Assembly: GCA_964035545.1 (NCBI GenBank)
Contig: OZ037766.1
Span: forward strand, 18,960,767-19,024,766
Origin: Bugula neritina
Lineage: Eukaryota > Animalia > Bryozoa
DNA length: 64,000 nucleotides
Direction of reading: 5' to 3'
The notes under the pieces were generated by a model. It had not been told where the DNA came from, searched no databases, and was given only the letters and a program-made list of their open reading frames with translations. Within the stretch, counting starts at the first letter, position 1. Every line of letters starts with the position of its first letter. Shown piece after piece: positions 1 through 13,500 of this stretch. The position numbers and the translations under genes were made by a program.

Positions 1-1020
1 CATACTGACATACACTGCAACATACTGCAACATACTGAAGTCCACTGTGAAATATTGAAATATACTGCAACACATTGGAATATACTGCAACACACTGAAC
101 TATACTGCAACATACTGAAATATACTGCAACAAACTGCAACATACTGAAATACACTGTAACATACTGTAACATACTGAAATACAGTGCAACAAATTGCAA
201 CATACAGAAGTACACTGTAAAATATTGAAGTACACTGCAACACATCGAAATATACTTCAACACACTGAAATATACTAAAACATGTTGAAATATACTGCAA
301 CATACTGCAACATACTGAAATACACTGTAACAAACTGAAATACACTGCAACACATTGGAATATACTGCAACATTCCCTGATATATTGTAATATACTGAAA
401 TACACTGCAACATACCGCAACATACTAAATTACACTGTTACAAACTGAAATACACTGCAACACATTGGTATATACTGCAACATACCCAAATATATGGTAT
501 TATACTGAAATATACTGAAATATACTGCAACACACTGAAGTATACTGCAACATACTGAAATATACTCCAACATGCTGCAACATACTGAAATACACTGTAA
601 CATACTGTAACATACTGAAATACACTGCAACAAACTGCAACTTACTGGAGTACACTGTACATATTGAAAAACACTGCAACACACTGAAATATACTGCAAC
701 ACACTGAAATATACTGCAAAATACTGAAATATACTTCAACATACTGCAGCATACTGAAAGACACTACAACTAACTGAAGTATAGTGTAATATACGGAAAA
801 GTACTGTAGCATACTGTCATTTACTGCAACACACTGAAATATACTGCAACATGCTGAAATACACTGTAACATGCCAAAATAAACTGCAACATACTGCAAC
901 ATACTGAAATACACTGTAACATACTAAATCACACTGCAATATTCTGCAACATACTGAAATGCACTGTAACATAATGAAATACACTGCCACACATTGAAAT
1001 GTACTGCAATACACTGAAAT

Positions 1021-1768
1021 ATACTGCAACACATCCAAGTACATCGTAATATACGGACATGTACTATAACATACTGAAACATACTGAAACATAGTGAAAC
1101 AAAATGAAATAAACTGTAACACACTGAGTAATACTGCAAAATGCTGAAATATACTGTAACACAGTGAAGTATACTGCAACATTTTGAAACATACTGTAAC
1201 ATACTGAAAAATGAGCAATATACTGAAAAATGCCTCAACATACTCAAATACACTGCAAGAAACTGCAACATACGTAAATACACTGTAACATACTGACATA
1301 CACTGCAACATACTGCAACATACTGAAGTCCACTGTGAAATATTGAAATACACTGCAACACATTGGAATATACTGCAACACACTGAACTATACTGCAACA
1401 CATCCAAGTACATCGTAATAAACGGACATGTACTGTAACATACTGAAACATACTGAAACATACTGAAACAAAATGAAATAAACTGTAACACACTGAGTAA
1501 TACTGCAGAATGCTGAAATATACTGTAACACAGTGAAGTATACTGCAAATGTCTGAAACATACTGTAACATACTGAAACATGAGCAATATACTGAAAAAT
1601 GCCTCAACATACTCAAATACACTGCAAGAAACTGGAACATACGTAAATACACTGTAACATACTGACATACACTGCAACATACTGCAACAGACTGAAGTCC
1701 ACTGTAAAATATTGAAACACACTGCAACACATTGGAATATACTGCAACACACTGAACTATACTGCAAC
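1021..1768 (+). repeat. 369-bp diverged tandem dimer (also at ~12475-13210 and ~26205-26950)
   Basis: ACATCCAAGT at 1031 and 1400; GAGCAAT at 1213/1582, 12657/13026 and 26395/26764, each 369 apart. Confidence 0.9.
1038..1065 (+). other. Recurrent landmark cassette AGTACATCGTAATATACGGACATGTACT (first copy; many tens of copies or variants across the window), imperfect dyad with two CpGs
   Basis: Read directly at 1038, ~2764, ~4402, ~5261, ~8086 through to ~62286. Arms AGTACAT/ATGTACT and CGTA/TACG are reverse complements. Confidence 0.9.
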
Positions 1769-4576
1769 ATACTGAAATATACTGCAACATACTGCAACAT
1801 ACTGAAATACACTGTAACATACTGTAACATACTGAAATACACTGCAACAAACTGCAACATAATGATGTACACTGTACATATTGAAGACACTGCAACACAC
1901 TGAAATATACTGCAACACACTGAAATATACTGCAAAATACTGAAATATGCTTCAACACACTGCAGCATACTGAAAGACATTACAACTAACTGAAGCATAG
2001 TGCAATATACAGAAATGTACTGTAACATACTGATATTTACTGTAACACACTTAAATATACTGCAACATACTGAAATACACTGTAACATACCGAAATAAGC
2101 TGCAACATACTGCAACATACTGAAATACACTGCAACATACTAAAATACATTGCAACATACTAAAATACACTGCAACATTCTGCAACATACTTCAACACAC
2201 TGAAATACACCGTAACATAATGAAATACACTGCAACACATTGAAATATACTGCAACACACTGAAATATACTGCAACACACCCAAGTACATCGTAATATAC
2301 TGACATGTACTGTAACATACTGAAACACACTGAAACATACTGAAACATACTGAAACATACTTCAACACACTGAAATATAGTAAAACATACTGAAAGATAC
2401 TGCAACATACTGCAACATACTGAAATACACTGTAACAAACTGAAATACACTGCAACACATTGAAATATACTGCAACAAACTGAAATATACTGCAACATAC
2501 TGAAGCTTACTGCAACATACTGAAATACACTGCAACATATCGAAGTATATCGTAATATACGGACATGTACTGTAACATACTGAAACACACTGAAACATAC
2601 TGAAACATACTGAAACATACTTCAACACACTGAAATATACTAAAACATACTGAAATATACTGCAACATACTGCAACATACTGAAATACACTGAAACATAA
2701 TGAAGTACACTGCAACACAATGAAATATACTACAACACACTGAAATATACTGCAACACATCCAAGTACATCGTAATATACGGACATGTACTATAACATAC
2801 TGAAACATACTGAAACATACTGAAACAAAATGAAATTAACTGTAACACACTGATTAATACTGCAAAATGCTGAAATATACTGTAACACAGTGAAGTATAC
2901 TGCAAAATTTTGAAACATACTGTAACATACTGAAACATGAGCAATATACTGAAAAATGCCTCAACATACTCAAATACACTGCAAGAAACTGCAACATACG
3001 TAAATACACTGTAACATACTGACATACACTGCAACATACTGCAACATACTGAAGTCCACTGGGAAATATTGAAATACACTGCAACACATTGGAATATAGT
3101 GGAACACACTGAACTATACTGCAACATACTGAAATATACTGCAACATACTGCAACCTACTGAAATACACTGTAACATATTGTAACATACTGAAATACACT
3201 GCAAGAAACTGCAACATACTGAAGAACACTGTAAAATATTGAAATACACGGCAACACATCGGAATATACTTCAACACACTGAAATATACTAAAACATGTT
3301 GAAATATACTGCAACACACTGCAACATACTGAAATACACTGGAACAAACTGAAATACACTGCAACACATTGGAATATACTGCAACATTCCCTGATTTATT
3401 GTAATATACTGAATTACACTGCAACATACCGCAACATACTAAATTACACTGTTACAAACTGAAATACACTGCAACACATTGGTATATACTGCAACATAAC
3501 CAAATATATGGTATTATACTGAAATATACTGAAATACACTGCAACACATTGAAAAATACTGCAACATTCTGAAAGACACTACAACTGACTGAAGTATAGT
3601 GTAATATACAGAAATGTACTGTAACATACTGATACTTACTGTAACACACTGAATCATACTGCAACGTACTGCAATACACTGTAACATACCGAAACAAACT
3701 GCAACATGCTGCAACATACTGAAATACACTGTAACATACTAAAACACACTGCAACATTCTGCAACATACTCCAACGTACTGAAATACACTGTAACATAAT
3801 GAATTACACTGCAAAATACTGCAACATACTGAAGTACACTGTAAAATGTTGAAATACACGGCAACACATTAAAATATACTGCAACACACTGAAGTATACT
3901 GCAACATACTGAAATATACTCCAACATGCTGCAACATACTGAAATACACTGTAACATACTGTAACATGCTGAAATACACTGCAACAAACTGCAACATACT
4001 GGAGTACACTGTACATATTGAAAGACACTGCAACACACTGAAATATACTGCAACACACTGAAATATACTGCAAAATACTGAAATATACTTCAACATACTG
4101 CAGCATACTGAAAGACACTACAACTAACTGAAGTATAGTGTAATATACGGAAAAGTACTGTAGCATACTGTCATTTACTGCAACACACTGAAATATACTG
4201 CAACATGCTGAAATACACTGTAACATGCCAAAATAAACTGCAAAATACTGCAACATACCGAAATACACTGTAACATACTGTAATACACCACAACATTCTG
4301 CAACATACTTCAACATACTGAAATGCACTGTAACATAATGAAATACACTGCCACACATTGAAATATACTGCAACACACTGAAATACACTGCAACACATCC
4401 AAGTACATCGTAATATACGGACATGTACTATAACATACTGAAACATACTGAAACATAGTGAAACAAAATGAAATAAACTGTAACACACTGAGTAATACTG
4501 CAAAATGCTGAAATACACTGTAACACAGTGAAGTATACTGCAAAATTTTTAAACATACTGTAACATACTGAAACAT

Positions 4577-5435
4577 GAGCAATATACTGAAAAATGCCTC
4601 AACATACTCAAATACACTGCAAGAAACTGCAACATACGTATATACACTGTAACATACTGACATACACTGCAACATACTGCAACATACTGAAGTCCACTGT
4701 GAAATATTGAAATACACTGCAACACATTGGAATATACTGCAACACACTGAACTATACTGCAACATACTGAAATATACTGCAACATACTGCAACATACTGA
4801 AACACACTGTAACATACTGTAACATACTGAAATACACTGCAACAAACTGCAACATACTGAAGTACACTGTAAATTATTGAAATACACTGCAACACATTGG
4901 AATATACTGCAACACACTGATATGTACTGCAACATACTGAAATATACTTCAACATACTGCAGCATACTGAAAGACACTACAACTAACTGAGGTATAGTGT
5001 AATATACGGAAATGTACTGTAACATACTGATATTTACTGCAACACACTGAAATATACTGCAACATACTGAAATACACTGTAACATGCCAAAATAAACTGC
5101 AACATACTGCAACATACTGAAATACACTGTAACATATTAAAATACACTGCAACATTCTGCAACATACTTCAGCATACTGAAATGCACTGTAACATAATGA
5201 AATACACTGCAACACATTGAAATATACTGCAACACACTGAAATATATTGCAACACATCCAAGTACATCGTAATATACGGACATGTACTGTAACATACTGA
5301 AACATACTGAAACATACTGAAACAAAATGAAATAAACTGTAACACGCTGAGTAATACTGCAAAATGCTGAAATATACTGTAACACAGTGAAGTATACTGC
5401 AAAATTCTGAAACATATTGGAACATACTGAAACAT
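4577..5435 (+). repeat. Representative ~0.85-kb higher-order module (859 bp here), delimited by the 9-bp GAGCAATAT monomer
   Basis: GAGCA spacing is 859 at 4577/5436, 22652/23511, 30921/31780 and 33659/34518, 849 at 40522/41371, 43346/44195 and 46242/47091, and 876 at 39646/40522, with the same internal cassette order. Confidence 0.75.
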
Positions 5436-6994
5436 GAGCAATATACTGAAAAATGCCTCAACATACTCAAATACACTGCAAGAAACTGGAACATGCGTAA
5501 CTACACTGTAACATACTGACATACACTGCAACATACTGCAATATACTGGAGTACACTGTAAAATAGTGAAATACACTGCAACACATTGAAATATACTGCA
5601 ACATACCCTATCATATTGTAATATACTGAAATATACTGCAACATACCGCAACATACTGAAATACACTGTAACAAACTGAAATACACTGTAACACATTGGT
5701 ATATACTGCAACATACCCAAATATATGGTAATATACTGAAATACACTGCAGCATTCTGCAACATACTTCAACATACTGAAATACACTGAAACATAATGAA
5801 GTACACTGCAACACAATGAAATATACTGCACACACTGAAATATACTGCAACACATCCAAGTACATCGTAATATACGGACATGTATTGTAACATACTGAAA
5901 CATACTGAAACAAAATGAAATATACTTTAACACGCTGAATAATACTGCAAAATGCTGAAATATACTGTAACAAAGTCAAGTATACTGCAAAAATCTGAAA
6001 CATACTGTAACATACTGAAACATGAGCAACGTACTGAAATATGCCTCAACATACTCAAATATACTGCGAAATACTGCAACATACGTAAATACACTGTAAC
6101 ATACTGAAATACACTGCAACACATTGAATTATACTGCAACAACCTGGAATATACTGCAACATACTGAAGTTTACTGCAACATACTGAAATACACTGCAAC
6201 ATATCGAAGTATATCGTAATATACGGACATGTACTGTAACATACTGAAACACACTGAAACATACTGAAACATACTGAAACATACTTCAACACACTGAAAT
6301 ATACTGAAACATACTGAAATATACTGCAACATACTGCAACATACTGAAATACACTGTAACATACTGCAAAATACCTAAATACACTGTAACATACTAAAAT
6401 ACACTGCAACATTCTGCAACATACTTCAACATACTGAAATACACTGAAACATAATGAAGTACACTGCAACACAATGAAATATACTGCACACACTGAAATA
6501 TACTGCAACATACTGAAACAAATTGAAATAAACTGTAACACACTGAGTAATACTGCAAAATGCTGAAATATACTGTAACACAGTGAAGTATACTGCAAAA
6601 TTTTGAAACATACTCTAACATCCTGAAACATGAGCAGTATACTGAAAAATGCCTCGACATACTCAAATACACTGCAAGAAACTGCAACATACGTAAATAC
6701 ACTGTAACATACTGACATACACTGCAACATACTGCAACATACTGAAGTCCACTGTGAAATATTGAAATACACTGCAACACATTGGAATATACTGCAACAC
6801 ACTGAACTATACTGCAACATACTGAAATATACTGCAACATACTGCAACATACTGAAATACACTGTAACATACTGTAACATACTGAAATACACTGCAACAA
6901 ACTGCAACATACAGATGTACACTGTAAAATATTGAAATACACTGCAACACATCGGAATATACTTCAACACACTGACATATACTAAAACATGTTG

Positions 6995-9900
6995 AAATAT
7001 ACTGCAACATACTGCAACATACTGAAATACACTGTAACAAACTGAAATACACTGCAACACATTGGAATATACTGCAACATTCCCTGATATATTGTAATAT
7101 ACTGAAATACACTGCAACATACCGCAACATACTAAATTACACTGTTACAAACTGACATACACTGCAACACATTGGTATATACTGCAACATACCCAAATAT
7201 ATGGTATTATACTGAAATATACTGAAATACACTGCAACACATTGAAAAATACTGCAACATACCAAAAGACACTACAACTCACTGAAGTATAGTGTAATAT
7301 ACGGAAATGTACTGTAACATACTGATCCTTACTGTAACACACTGAATCATACTGCAACATACTGCAATACACTGTAACATACCGACACAAACTGCAACAT
7401 ACTGCAACATACTGAAATACACTGTAACATACTAAAACACACTGCAACATTCTGCAACATACTCCAACGTACTGAAATACACTGTCCCATAATGAAATAC
7501 ACTGCAAAATACTGCAACATACTGAAGTACACTGTAAAATGTTGAAATACACGGCAACACATTAAAATATTCTGCAACACACTGAAGTATACTGCAACAT
7601 ACTGAAATATACTCCAACATGCTGCAACATACTGAAATACACTGTAACATACTGTAACATACTGAAATACACTGCAACAAACTGCAACTTACTGGAGTAC
7701 ACTGTACATATTGAAAAACACTGCAACACACTGAAATATACTGCAACACACTGAAATATACTGCAAAATACTGAAATATACTTCAACATACTGCAGCATA
7801 CTGAAAGACACTACAACTAACTGAAGTATAGTGTAGTATACGGAAAAGTACTGTAACATACTGTCATTTACTGCAACACACTGAAATATACTGCAACATG
7901 CTGAAATACACTGTAACATGCCAAAATAAACTGCAACATACTGCAACATACTGAAATACACTGTAACATACTAAATCACACTGCAATATTCTGCAACATA
8001 CTGAAATGCACTGTAACATAATGAAATACACTGCCACACATTGAAATATACTGCAATACACTGAAATATACTGCAACACATCCAAGTACATCGTAATATA
8101 CGGACATGTACTATAACATACTGAAACATACTGAAACATAGTGAAACAAAATGAAATAAACTGTAACACACTGAGTAATACTGCAAAATGCTGAAATATA
8201 CTGTAACATACTGAAATACACTGCAACATACTAAAATACATTGCAACATACTAAAATACACTGCAACATTCTGCAACATACTTCAACACACTGAAATACA
8301 CCGTAACATAATGAAATACACTGCAACACATTGAAATATACTGCAACACACTGAAATATACTGCAACACATCCAAGTACATCGTAATATACTGACATGTA
8401 CTGTAACATACTGAAACACACTGAAACATACTGAAACATACTGAAACATACTTCAACACACTGAAATATAGTAAAACATACTGAAATATACTGCAACATA
8501 CTGCAACATACTGAAATACACTGTAACAAACTGAAATACACTGCAACACATTGAAATATACTGCAACAAACTGAAATATACTGCAACATACTGAAGCTTA
8601 CTGCAACATACTGAAATACACTGCAACATATCGAAGTATATCGTAATATACGGACATGTACTGTAACATACTGAAACACACTGAAACATACTGAAACATA
8701 CTGAAACATACTTCAACACACTGAAATATACTAAAACATACTGAAATATACTGCAACATACTGCAACATACTGAAATACACTGTAACAAACTGAAATACA
8801 CTGCAACACATTGGAATATACTGCAACATTCCCTGATATATTGTAATATACTGAAATACACTGCAACATACCGCAACATACTAAATTACACTGTTACAAA
8901 CTGACATACACTGCAACACATTGGTATATACTGCAACATACCCAAATATATGGTATTATACTGAAATATACTGAAATACACTGCAACACATTGAAAAATA
9001 CTGCAACATACTGAAAGACACTACAACTCACTGAAGTATAGTGTAATATACGGAAATGTACTGTAACATACTGATCCTTACTGTAACACACTGAATCATA
9101 CTGCAACATACTGCAATACACTGTAACATACCGACACAAACTGCAACATACTGCAACATACTGAAATACACTGTAACATACTAAAACACACTGCAACATT
9201 CTGCAACATACTCCAACGTACTGAAATACACTGTCCCATAATGAAATACACTGCAAAATACTGCAACATACTGAAGTACACTGTAAAATGTTGAAATACA
9301 CGGCAACACATTAAAATATACTGCAACACACTGAAGTATACTGCAACATACTGAAATATACTCCAACATGCTGCAACATACTGAAATACACTGTAACATA
9401 CTGTAACATACTGAAATACACTGCAACAAACTGCAACTTACTGGAGTAGACTGTACATATTGAAAAACACTGCAACACACTGAAATATACTGCAACACAC
9501 TGAAATATACTGCAAAATACTGAAATATACTTCAACATACTGCAACATACTGAAAGACACTACAACTAACTGAAGTATAGTGTAGTATACGGAAAAGTAC
9601 TGTAACATACTGTCATTTACTGCAACACACTGAAATATACTGCAACATGCTGAAATACACTGTAACATGCCAAAATAAACTGCAACATACTGCAACATAC
9701 TGAAATACACTGTAACATACTAAATCACACTGCAATATTCTGCAACATACTGAAATGCACTGTAACATAATGAAATACACTGCCACACATTGAAATATAC
9801 TGCAATACACTGAAATATACTGCAACACATCCAAGTACATCGTAATATACGGACATGTACTATAACATACTGAAACATACTGAAACATAGTGAAACAAAA

Positions 9901-10562
9901 TGAAATAAACTGTAACACACTGAGTAATACTGCAAAATGCTGAAATATACTGTAACATACTGAAATACACTGCAACATACTAAAATACATTGCAACATAC
10001 TAAAATACACTGCAACATTCTGCAACATACTTCAACACACTGAAATACACCGTAACATAATGAAATACACTGCAACACATTGAATTATACTGCAACACAC
10101 TGAAATATACTGCAACACATCCAAGTACATCGTAATATACTGACATGTACTGCAACATACTGAAACACACTGAAACATACTGAAACATACTGAAACATAC
10201 TTCAACACACTGAAATATAGTAAAACATACTGAAATATAAGGCAACATACTGCAACATACTGAAATACACTGTAACAAACTGAAATACACTGCAACACAT
10301 TGAAATATACTGCAACAAACTGAAATATACTGCAACATACTGAAGCTTACTGCAACATACTGAAATACACTGCAACATATCGAAGTATATGGTAATATAC
10401 GGACATGTACTGTAACATACTGAAACACACTGAAACATACTGAAACATACTGAAACATACTTCAACACACTGAAATATACTAAAACATACTGAAATATAC
10501 TGCAACATACTGCAACATACTGAAATACACTGTAACAAACTGAAAAACACTGCAACACATTG
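6995..10562 (+). repeat. 1749-bp tandem duplication (2 near-identical copies)
   Basis: TCCCTGATAT at 7081 and 8830; pseudo-ORF pairs 7145/8894, 7432/9181, 7864/9613 and 8251/10000 are all 1749 apart; junction lies in a homology window ~8742-8813. Confidence 0.93.
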
Positions 10563-13500
10563 AAATATATTGCACCATACCCTATCATATTGTAATTTAC
10601 TGAAATATACTGCAACATACCGCAACATACTGAAATACACTGTAACAAACTGAAATACACTGTAACACATTGGTTAATACTGCAACATACCCAAATATAT
10701 GGTAATATACTGAAATACACTGCAGCATTCTGCAACATACTTCAACATACTGAAATGTACTGCAACATACTGAAACACACTGCAACATAACGAGGTATAT
10801 CGAAATATACGGACATGTACTGTAACATACTGAAATATACTGCAACACACTGCAACATACTGAAATACACTGTAACATACTGCAACATACCTAAATACAC
10901 TGTAACATACTAAATTACACTGCAACATTCTGCAACATACTTCAACATACTGAAATACACTGAAACATAATGAAGTACACTGCAACACAATGAAATATAC
11001 TGCAACACACTGAAATTTACTGCAACACATCCAAGTACATCGTAATATACGGACATGTACTTTAACATACTGAAACATACTGAAACGTACTGAAACAAAA
11101 TGAAATTAACTGTAACACACTGATTAATACTGCAAAATGCTGAAATATACTGTAACACAGTGAAGTATACTGCAAAATTTTGAAACATACTGTAACGTAC
11201 TGAAACATGAGCAATATACTGAAAAATGCCTCAACATACTGAAATACACTGCAAGAAACTGCAACATACGTAAATACACTGTAACATACTGAAATACACT
11301 GCAACAAACTGCAACATACTGAAGAACACTGTAAAATATTGAAATACACTGCAACACATCGGAATATACTTCAACACACTGACATATACTAAAACATGTT
11401 GAAATATACTGCAACATACTGCAACATACTGAAATACACTGTAACAAACTGAAATACACTGCAACACATTGGAATATACTGCAACATTCCCTGATATATT
11501 GTAATATACTGAAATACACTGCAACATACCGCAACATACTAAATTACACTGTTACAAACTGACATACACTGCAACACATTGGTATATACTGCAACATACC
11601 CAAATATATGGTATTATACTGAAATATACTGAAATACACTGCAACACATTGAAAAATACTGCAACATACTGAAAGACACTACAACTCACTGAAGTATAGT
11701 GTAATATACGGAAATGTACTGTAACATACTGATCCTTACTGTAACACACTGAATCATACTGCAACATACTGCAATACACTGTAACATACCGACACAAACT
11801 GCAACATACTGCAACATACTGAAATACACTGTAACATACTAAAACACACTGCAACATTCTGCAACATACTCCAACGTACTGAAATACACTGTCCCATAAT
11901 GAAATACACTGCAAAATACTGCAACATACTGAAGTACACTGTAAAATGTTGAAATACACGGCAACACATTAAAATATACTGCAACACACTGATGTATACT
12001 GCAACATACTGAAATATACTCCAACATGCTGCAACATACTGAAATACACTGTAACATACTGTAACATACTGAAATACACTGCAACAAACTGCAACTTACT
12101 GGAGTACACTGTACATATTGAAAAACACTGCAACACACTGAAATATACTGCAACACACTGAAATATACTGCAAAATACTGAAATATACTTCAACATACTG
12201 CAGCATACTGAAAGACACTACAACTAACTGAAGTATAGTGTAGTATATGGAAAAGTACTGTAACATACTGTCATTTACTGCAACACACTGAAATATACTG
12301 CAACATGCTGAAATACACTGTAACATGCGAAAATAAACTGCAACATACTGCAACATACTGAAATACACTGTAACATACTAAATCACACTGCAATATTCTG
12401 CAACATACTGAAATGCACTGTAACATAATGAAATACACTGCCACACATTGAAATATACTGCAATACACTGAAATATACTGCAACACATCCAAGTACATCG
12501 TAATATACGGACATGTACTATAACATACTGAAACATAGTGAAACAAAATGAAATAAACTGTAACACACTGAGTAATACTGCAAAATGCTGAAATATACTG
12601 TAACACAGTGAAGTATACTGCAAAATTTTGAAACATACTGTAACATACTGAAACATGAGCAATATACTGAAAAATGCCTGAACATACTCAAATACACTGC
12701 AAGAAACTGCAACATACGTAAATACACTGTAACATACTGACATACACTGCAACATACTGCAACATACTGAAGTCCACTGTGAAATATTGAAATACACTGC
12801 AACACATTGGAATATACTGCAACACACTGAACTATACTGCAACACATCCAAGTACATCGTAATAAACGGACATGTACTGTAACATACTGAAACATACTGA
12901 AACATACTGAAACAAAATGAAATAAACTGTAACACACTGAGTAATACTGCAAAATGCTGAAATATACTGTAACACAGTGAAGTATACTGCAAAATTCTGA
13001 AACATACTGTAACATACTGAAACATGAGCAATATACTGAAAAATGCCTCAACATACTCAAATACACTGCAAGAAACTGGAACATACGTAAATACACTGTA
13101 ACATACTGACATACACTGCAACATACTGCAACAGACTGAAGTCCACTGTAAAATATTGAAATACACTGCAACACATTGGAATATACTGCAACACACTGAA
13201 CTATACTGCAACATACTGAAATATACTGCAACATACTGCAACATACTGAAATACACTGTAACATACTGTAACATACTGAAATACACTGCAACAAACTGCA
13301 ACATAATGATGTACACTGTACATATTGAAGACACTGCAACACACTGAAATATACTGCAACACACTGAAATATACTGCAAAATACTGAAATATACTTCAAC
13401 ACACTGCAGCATACTGAAAGACATTACAACTAACTGAAGCAAAGTGCAATATACAGAAATGTACTGTAACATACTGATATTTACTGTAACACACTTAAAT

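Noticed and set aside
1107-1113. AATAAA and TATA-like hexamers as polyadenylation or promoter signals
   Set aside because: They are single-base variants of the A/T-rich monomer with no gene context.
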